A stretch of 64,000 bases of DNA from Takakia lepidozioides (Eukaryota; Plantae; Bryophyta): positions 64,728,001-64,792,000 of the forward strand of contig CM060732.1 in the NCBI GenBank assembly GCA_030704615.1, given 5' to 3'. Numbering within the stretch: the first letter of the stretch is position 1; every line of letters begins with the position of its first letter. A model generated the notes under the pieces. The model was not told where the DNA came from. It searched no databases and worked only from the letters and a program-made list of their open reading frames with translations. Both the position numbers and the translations under genes were made by a program. Below are positions 52,701 through 64,000 of this stretch, piece by piece.

Positions 52701-55700
52701 CTCGTTGAGAGTGATGGAGAACTTGGCCTTCCTGGACAGATTCAGATCTCTACCACACCATGACCTACCAGGAAGCAACATTGATGGACGTCCCAGATTT
52801 TAGCCCATGCAGGCTCACCAACTTGCTGGCTCAGAGTACCTTTTCTCTTCAGATAGGGACTGTCACCACACTTTTGACCACTATTTGATCTGCCTCCATG
52901 GTGAATGAAGGATTCCGAAACAAGGTCAACAAGGGATAGAGAGACATACAGATGTACCTCACCTCGGTATATAGCAGAAAACCCTGATGGAGCAGGGCAG
53001 GAACAGTCCGATCTATGGGCGCAATAGAACTGACCTGTACAATCTCGATACTTCGCTGAAGTCTCTTCTTCTTCCTCACAACTTGAATGTGGACAGAGTG
53101 AGGGCCCTTGCACTTTGTGTATCCACTTCTCCAGTGCTCCGAGAAGTGAAGGGCTGGCAGGCCTTCGCCTACTTCGTTTACATAATTTTTTGGAACGCCA
53201 AAAAAAAATATTTGAATGAGTCCTTCTGTCTGTCGTGAGAGGTGTACAAGGAGCATATGTCCACTCCTGATGACAATCCTGCTGTAGGTCATTTACATCT
53301 GCCTCTTTGCAGAAAAACTCCCCGTTTACATATCCACCTCTTATACTGTGTCTCGTGTTCGCGTGTGTTGGAAAATTTGGTGAACTGTCAGCATCATCTA
53401 GAGTGTCTGATTTGTCAGCAGAGGTCAGTGATTTTGAACCATCCAAATCATCAACGGAGGCACATGGGTCTCCCATGTGAAATTCTTCATTATGATACTT
53501 TCTGTTGGGCCTCCTGACCCTGGTCTTTCGTGTTTTGTTTTGCACAATGAAACTTGGTCCTTTTCGGACATACTCAGGGTCACCCGCATCAGTTGTATCA
53601 TTGGAACTAGCTGTGCCTTGCGTTGGCCTGACAGCTCTGTCGCGTAATTGACGTTCAGGCAGGGGTTTCCCTTCTAGACAGTGTGCAACTCTCCTAATTT
53701 TGGGTTGATGGAACCTGCTGCTCTGCTGCAAACATTTTTCATCCTTAAGATCAGACCATCCGCACAAAACTCGAGTGTATATTGCACATGAAGCACTTTG
53801 GGAACCAAGGTGAAATTGGCACACTGATTTCTACAGTGGAAAAAGAATAATAACTAACTGACTAGTTTCCACCATTGTCACAGGATCAGATCTCTCAAAT
53901 AGCTCAGAGGTGCTCCACCAGCAGCTCACTAGCTCCAGTAGGCTCTGTGGTGGAAGGAGTCTTGTGGGTTCTATGGCCTTTGAGTGATGCTGGAATTTGG
54001 GGAGATCACATGTGGTTTTGAACTGAAGAAAGAGACACCACACAGTCCCACTCCAGGGATACCTCAATGTTGAAGATCGCACTGATATTCCTCTACAACA
54101 TAGACTTTGCAATGATCTGCCAGAGATGAAAAATGCCTATAAAATCTTTGCAAAGATGACAGGGACCCTGAAATTCTGAGTGGGTGGTGCAATCTAGCCA
54201 ACTGTCGACCTCAGAAATATTCTAACAGTATAACCCTAAAATTCTGCAATAAATAAAGATAATAAGATTTCCGTTATATTCATCTACACAAGTGGGGGTG
54301 CGGCACCTATCCAGTCTTAGCGACATACTAGGGTTGCTTTGAGGTGACGTCCACCAAGCCTTTTTGCATGAGCTTACTTATCCTCACCTTCTTTCCTTCA
54401 CAGTACACAGCATCCGGAAACCCCTCACGAGCATACAAGTTTAACCGGTTGTTTAAGCAAAATAATAGAGTCTTTCATCATCTTGCTCAACACGGACCTT
54501 AAAAAATGCCTTCGAAAGAGCCTTCGAATGACCTCTGCGAGTTTTCATTGGAGCGGACACCCTCCTGCCCCAATAGCTGATCGTTTTTCCCCAGAAGAGT
54601 ACCTCCCGTTCAGTTTCTCATTCGGCTCTTGCACCTGTTACCCTCCACCATCGAAACCAATTCTTTACCATCATATGCACGTATATAGTACTCCATAAGC
54701 AGAACCAAGTTTTGCGTGTGTGAGACGCAGACAAGGATGCCTATCAATTGGCAACTGTATTTCCATCGAGCTCCAGACACACTGCAGAACTCTGGAGGGG
54801 TTCTACCCGTGCGTTGAATTTGGTCTGGGGCACAATCTAACAGGTATCGCATTTTAATATAACAGGTGAAGTTGCTGCAATCACCTGGGAGAGGGTAAGG
54901 CCAATCATACTAAAGTCCAGAAACTTGGGTTCGCAACAGTTCACTACACAGCCCTTTGTCATGACCTCGGTGTTGTGTATATGCGTTCAAACTTCAATTG
55001 TACGAGCAGGCATCTACGCATGCAGAAATGAAAGCGATAAGCATGGGGTTTGGTTAATAGCGCGAGACATCTGCTTCTCAAGGCTGGGGACCTTTGGCAA
55101 AAAGCTGAGAGATTTACTGTGATTTGTTTGTCACATGTCAGCCCTGCACCAGTATTTGCGTGATAGCGTAAGCCACCGGCCCCGCTCCTTTAGGGCAAGT
55201 ACATTGACCACCCAACTATAGCATACGACATAGACATGCATTATCAGGAAAGAGCCCCCAGTACCCATTTTCATACTCCATCTCTTGATAAACTGCAGAA
55301 TTCATTCTATACCCATGACCTCATTCCCAAACACGTGAATTACTAACTAACTTCAGCAGCACTGGTTTGGACTTGCACGTCCATGTGCCAGCAGGCAGCT
55401 TTCTTCCTCCCGTCTACACTACTTTGCGTGCATGCAACCTCTTCTACCACGTCTGCATGCACCACATATTGTGTTTCTTGCCCTCCCCTCTCTCTACAGC
55501 CAAATTCAACTCCAATTGACCCGTCCATTGCCCACTCACATTGAGCAAGCATTAATTCCACGTCCTGATTCTCTTTTCCCATGTGAGGAAGGGGGTCCCC
55601 CACTGCAGCAACACACTCTCTACCGCTTGCCAGTAGTGCATGCATCGACAGCAGGTGAGGAGAGCGTGAAGAAATGAAGCGCATGGGCACGACGCAGACA

Positions 55701-55825
55701 GACAGATCGATCGAGGCCAGTTGATGTTCAGAGTGCAACTTCTTCTCCTGGTTGCCGTGCCAGCTACCAGTTCCACCTATCACGCTCCCGGCCACGTCAC
55801 CCTGCGCGGCTATATCCAGACCCAC
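34708..55825 (-). CDS. DME: DEMETER/ROS1-family 5-methylcytosine DNA glycosylase/lyase (multi-exon; 5' exons and start uncertain)
   Basis: Phase-consistent exons 50162-50021, 49749-48037, 46433-46343, 45969-44907, 44514-44435, 44201-44117, 43373-43282, 42894-42826, 42601-42565, 41902-41820, 40960-40334, 40030-39994, 39236-39179, 38869-38763, 38415-38350, 37963-37849, 35519-35481, 34871-34708. Domain A (WKGSVVDSVVGAFMTQNVSD), HhH GLGPKS..FPVDTNVGRI, Fe-S CTKSRPNCNACPMRSDC, RRM-fold PCRTAM.GKFPLNGTYFQVNEVFADH. Probable upstream exons near 51281-51109, 52484-51764, 53760-52964 and 55825-55352. Confidence 0.92.
35620..37830 (-). repeat. Cluster of LINE family A 3' ends and remnants plus one family B end (37733-37830) in a DME intron
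   Basis: gaaatgaaat..ctttataacgtccgcggaaagctc..gagcttatgggac at ~35620, 36855, 36925 and 37007. Confidence 0.85.
41020..41766 (+). repeat. Cluster of LINE family A remnants and 3' ends, antisense to DME
   Basis: tgtcccataagctctatgagctttccgcggacgttataaagcaccatttcatttc, whole or partial, at ~41220, 41315, 41400-41500 and 41705. Confidence 0.85.
42105..42560 (-). repeat. Cluster of LINE family A 3' ends directly after a DME splice donor
   Basis: Copies at ~42158, 42241 and 42460; (CT)-rich and (CATTT)n tract starts beside the donor at 42564. Confidence 0.85.
46730..47700 (+). mobile_element. Two degraded LINE family A 3' fragments in a DME intron
   Basis: YYEDQKCLAAYLHEAFTLRQSL with tail at 46730-47025; SFRVSSHSLRIETGRW with tail at 47300-47700. 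Confidence 0.85.
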
Positions 55826-56020
55826 GCCTCGCCGGCCGTGGCGGGCTGACGGCGCTGCCCCGCCGTCACTCTCCCCCCTTTATTACTCTGTCCTCTGTAC
55901 CTTCTTCCCTTCCTTTCTCATTATTCTTTCCTGTAGCCTAGGTTACCTAGCCCTTTTTCTTTTTTCTTTTTTTTTGGTCTTTTTTAATGTAGTTTTTAGG
56001 TTTTTTTAGGACATAAATAC

Positions 56021-56211
56021 TTTTATTTTTTTATTTTTAGACGGCTCACAAATCAGGCCGCTTAATTGTAGTGAGAGGAGAAAATAACCTCGACACCGCT
56101 CAAGACTCAAGGGACACTGCCCAAGGAGGATAATACTATTACCAAACTCGACAAGGTAGCAGGATTTGAACCCAAAATCACCTGGGTAGTTCGTGGTGCT
56201 CTGTCCAAGTG
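56021..56211 (-). mobile_element. tRNA-derived SINE, copy 2 (5' end cut by an L1 insertion)
   Basis: Perfect B box GGTTCAAATCC on minus; body matches 21374-21540; A-rich tail. Confidence 0.75.
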
Positions 56212-56214
56212 TTG

Positions 56215-57480
56215 GTCTATTTTTATTTTTTTTCCTAATTTGTTTTCAGCAAAAGGGGATGGAAGCCCTTGTAATCAAATTAAATAAGAAATAACGATCA
56301 CATCAGTGGAAAAAATAACCACTATTAAGGCCGTGAAGGCTAACTGCGGGGAAACCTCCCCCGAACCCTAGCAAACGAGCTACTGAAAAGGAACTAAGAG
56401 AAAGCTAAGACCAGTGAGCTGGAGATCAGAGATCGTGGGAGGGGAGAGTTTTAACTCTGGAGAGATTCACTAAGGGGAGAATAGAAGAAAGAGATGCGCA
56501 AAGGAGAGCATGCCGCGGTTGAAACTAGGAGCAGGGTATCAACAGTGGAGCTAAGGTGATGTCCTAACAACAGTGATTTAAGCGTAATCCTGAAAACTTG
56601 AGGAGATCCCCATCAGACAGGTATCTTGTTTCAGAACGTAAGCTATGTTCTAAACTTCGGGTCTTTGGCTCTCTTATGCTGCCAGTTGAAGTCCCCCTCG
56701 TCCCCCTCACCAGGGGACTTCCCATTGAGGGAGGATGGAGTCATGCCATTGAATACGAAGGTTGGGAAGACAGGTTCCGAGCATGTTGCCTTTGGCCCAG
56801 GACTGTTTGATATCTTGGAGCAGCTGCCTCCCCCGTTGCTCTGAAGCTCTGGAAACAGTTGCATGCATACAATTGAGCCCAGGCTTTCCTCCCCTTAGTA
56901 AGCATATCATGAAATATGTGAAACAAAACATATCTGCCTCTGGGGGGCTTTCCCTCATACACCCATAAACACCTAGCTTTCCATAAATTCCAAAGCGTGT
57001 GTGCTCTAAGAGCCGCCCATACAGGGCAAAAGCAATGAGTACTAGCAAGTGTGCAATTGAGCACGAGTAGAGAAGGAGGAGCGGGGGAAGGGAATGTTTT
57101 CCAATTAGAGTAGAAAGCCAGCACAATCCTTAATACTCTGCTTGGGATGTTGCAAAGCAGCGCCAAGCAGTGCTCAATGGATTCTGTATGCATTTGGCAC
57201 AAAGTGCAAGAAGGGGAGTCCACATTGGTTACTGCTTTAAGAGGGAGGGCACGATGAACTAGCTTCCACAAGAATCCAGAAATCGATCTTAATTGCACGA
57301 TCTTTTCTCCAGATTTCGTTCTATATTCAGTTCCACGCAACCTGCGGGAAATCATGACCCCATTTTGAGCACCACTTAGCGAAAAAGGAGCGGACTGGAT
57401 TCAATAGCGAGTACCCCAGTTTGACGGAGTAGGCAAAAAAAAGAGGTCTTTGGCTAGTCCATCATTTACCTGATAATGCA
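56215..57480 (-). mobile_element. L1-type LINE 3' fragment with zf-RVT and A-rich tail
   Basis: GFLWKLVHRALP..CTLC..ESIEHCL..WNLWKARC; T-run on + at 56219-56233. Confidence 0.85.
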
Positions 57481-57599
57481 GTCATGAAGACTAAATCAAA
57501 GGGGAAGTCCAAGATATGAGAGGAGGAGATGCCTTCTGAACAATTATCTTCTCAATATGTCTCATCCGATATGGAGTCTCCAATGGTAAGGGCGGGTAA

Positions 57600-60500
57600 C
57601 AACACGGCAACGTAAGCTGCTTCCTATGGAACCTATCGTGGAGGAGAATATTCCCAAGATGGCCAATACCACTTTGGTGTCGTTGCTGATGATGTTCGAT
57701 ATCCATCCGATATCCCCACCGATATCGCCAAGTCTGGTTGTTCATCCATCCACCTCTATTGTCGAACCTATCAAGCATGAGCCATCGATAATGGCTGCTG
57801 AATACACCCCGATTTTGGAGCCAGTTAAGGGAAGAGTTAGAGGAAAGTATACTGGTCCGATATCGGGAGGAATGAAGCCTGGCCATATTAAGACCTCACG
57901 AAGGAAGCAGGTAATGGCATTGGCTAAAGGGTTAGTTCACTATGATATCTTGAAGGATATGGATGCTTTACAACCCACGATATCTATGAGGCAATTATTG
58001 GCGATTGCACCTTAGTGTCAATCTACTTTGTAGTCTTTGTTGATTAAGAGATAGCCAAAGCCTATGGCAATCAATGAAGTTGCCCTAAGTTTGAACCCCG
58101 ACCCTAGTACTCCTGAAGTTGATGTGACAATTGATGGTGTTGTAGTCACGGGTGCATAAATTGATGGTGAGTCCAGCGGCAACCTTATGAGCTCGGATAT
58201 CATGGATGAACTAGGTCTAGGCCCTTTGCATTCTACTCGATTGATTTTAAGAATGGCCGACCAGAGCCGGGTTAAACCAATGGGTGTCTTGGTTGTCGTT
58301 CCCTCAACTATCGCGGGCTTGGAGTATCGTATTGACTATATTGTCTTTCGGTTGAATGTCTCGGCCTAATCTTACCCTGTTTTGCTGGGACGCCCATGGT
58401 TATACCAATCCAAGGCTAAAAATGATTGGGGCAAAGGGACCCTGACTTTGGGAAAAAGATCAAATAAGACTACTCTGCAGATGTATCCTGTGGCATATCA
58501 TGGTGAGACTCAGGAGGTGGAGTCCGAGTTTACTTTTGAAGTAGAAGGATGGACCAGTGAAGCCGATACTGGTACACCGATACTCTCTCTATGGCCTAAG
58601 CATACACGCAGTCGGCAAATATTCCATTCCACAGGACCTGCTTAATATCCATGGCCCGGCGATTTGGATGATGACTCTGATGATGCCATATTGCGATGGC
58701 AAGGCGCTCGTCCCACTTATATGGTGCGACATGAATCAGAATGGGAGTCAGCAGTTCTATTGGAGGATATTGAATGGTATAACGTCGCTGACGATAGTTG
58801 AGCACCATTGGTAAAGAAAGATCCATACCAATTCATGAATATTGGTACTGAGGAGGATTAACCCAATGACATAATCATTTCTGCGGAGATCCCTACTAAC
58901 GAATTGTGTATGTGGAAGAAGTTTTTCAAGCGCAATCACACAACCTTTGTTTGGAATTATACGGATCTCCGTGGTGTACCACCAGAGATTTGTCAACATC
59001 GTATTGTCCTAGAGGAGGGTGCAATTCCGGTTACTTTCCAACGATGACTGCAACGTTTGAAGACTAATTGTGATTTTTTATGGAAATCTTCTTTGATGAC
59101 TTCTGTGTCTATAATGATAAGGCCACCCATGCTAAGATGTTGGAGTTGTGCTTCCAGAAATGTCTAGGGTATGGAATCTCTTTGAATGTAGGCAAATGCC
59201 AATTCTTGACCATTACAAAGGGGAAGCTATTAGGCCATATTGTCTATATTCGCGGTATATCGATTGATCCCACAAAGGTTGTTCCTACTACGGTAACGGA
59301 GATACGGTCGTTTCTTGGGCATGTTGGTTACTATCGCCGGTTCATCCATCGATATGCTGAAATTGCTTTACCTCTGACACAATTATAATTAAAGCACGAT
59401 GCAGAGCCGCATTGGACGCGAGAGTGTCAATGCTCCTTTAATGAATTGAAGGGACGATTGATAAAGGCACCGATTTTGATTTCCCTTGATTGGAATAAGG
59501 AGTTTCAAGTCTATGTTGATGCCTCAAACTATGCAATTGGTAGTGTTTTGAGTCAGAAGGATGAAAAGTCCTTTGACCATCCAATATATTTTGCAAGTTG
59601 TCAATTGGTTGCTGCAGAAATAAACTATACTACCATTGAGATGGAAGGTTTGGGCATGATCTATTCTGTTCAAAAGTTTCGCCATTATCTATTGGGATAC
59701 CCCTTTGTTTTTCACGTGGATCACGATGCATTGAAGTATCTTATAAATAAACCTCAATTGAGTGGAAGAGTGGCTCGATAGGTTATTTTGTTACAGGAAT
59801 TTACTTTCAAAATTATGGTTCGCCCTGGGTGCAAACATACCAATGCCGATCACTTTTAGTCGCCTATCAAAGGAAGTGGGAGAAGAGCCGATAGACGATT
59901 CTTTCCCAGACGCCGCTCTTTTTGTGATTGATGTTATAACGGGGGAATACGCCCTTATTTTCAATTATTTGTCATTGCAGCAATTCCCTGAGGAGTACAC
60001 TGAGAAACAGAAACGTCGATTGGTTGAAAAATCGGCTCCTTACACAATTATTGGAGAAACTTTATATAAGCTCGGAAAAGATGGAGTTTTATGGCGTTGC
60101 ATTATGGAAGCAGAAGTTCTTATGATACTTGAAGGTTGTCATGCTGATTCTTGCGGTGGACATTTTGCTGCCACGATGCGACGGGCCGGAAGGTTTTACT
60201 ATTGGGATATTGGTGGCCCACATTATTTAAAGATTTTTTTGCTTATGTGCGTCGATGTGATGCATGTCAACGAGTGGGAAAACCAATTCATTCTAGTTCA
60301 ATGCCATTGGTTTCTATCTTGGCACAAACGCCCTTTGAGAAGTGGGGCATCGATTTTGTTTGTCTTATCGATCCTGCCTCTCGCAATGGCCAAAATCGAT
60401 ATATTCTTGTAGCAACAGAATACGTGACTAAATGGGTAGAGACGATGGCCACCCGTACCGATGCTGCCAAAGTGGTCGCTCAATTTTTGTATGAAAATAT

Positions 60501-60663
60501 TATTACGCGGTTTGGATACTCTTGAGAACTGGTGAACGATCGTGACACACATTTATTAAATTCTACCATTGAGCAATTGACTACTAGGTATGTCATCAAG
60601 CATCGTAAAACTACACCCTATCATCCTCGTGCTAACGGGCACACTAAAAAGACCAATGGGCTT
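57600..60663 (+). mobile_element. Decayed Ty3/Gypsy gag-pol (protease, RT with internal deletion, RNase H, truncated integrase)
   Basis: IDGESSGNLM, LLGRPWL, FFDDF, VDASNYAIG, GGHFA..YWWPT..CDACQR, PFEKWGIDF; many stops. Confidence 0.9.

Positions 60664-64000
<3,337 letters not shown>

Overview
Eukaryotic nuclear DNA from an intron-rich, TE-rich land plant. It is most likely a non-seed plant such as a bryophyte (inferred from a Tcn1-like chromovirus, an HNL-type hydrolase fragment and PLS-PPR fragments). Host genes: eIF3e exon 1 (-), a 3-exon SDR (-), a 4-exon isoprenylcysteine methyltransferase (-), an in-frame 6-exon MCM9 lacking its whole OB/AAA+ core (+), and a ~21 kb DEMETER/ROS1-family DNA glycosylase (-). 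Mobile DNA: a decayed chromovirus whose 3' end is duplicated as a ~1.3-1.4 kb inverted repeat, a PIF/Harbinger pack element carrying a receptor-kinase fragment, two tRNA-derived SINE copies, L1 remnants, an old Ty3/Gypsy, and a Ty3/Gypsy with a PHD finger on its integrase. Two RTE/RTEX-like LINE families leave many tiny stem-loop-plus-microsatellite 3' ends nested in CT-rich intron tracts. Recurrent TIR-less patchworks of gene fragments interrupt older elements. Splice models and family assignments were read by eye and no database searches were run.
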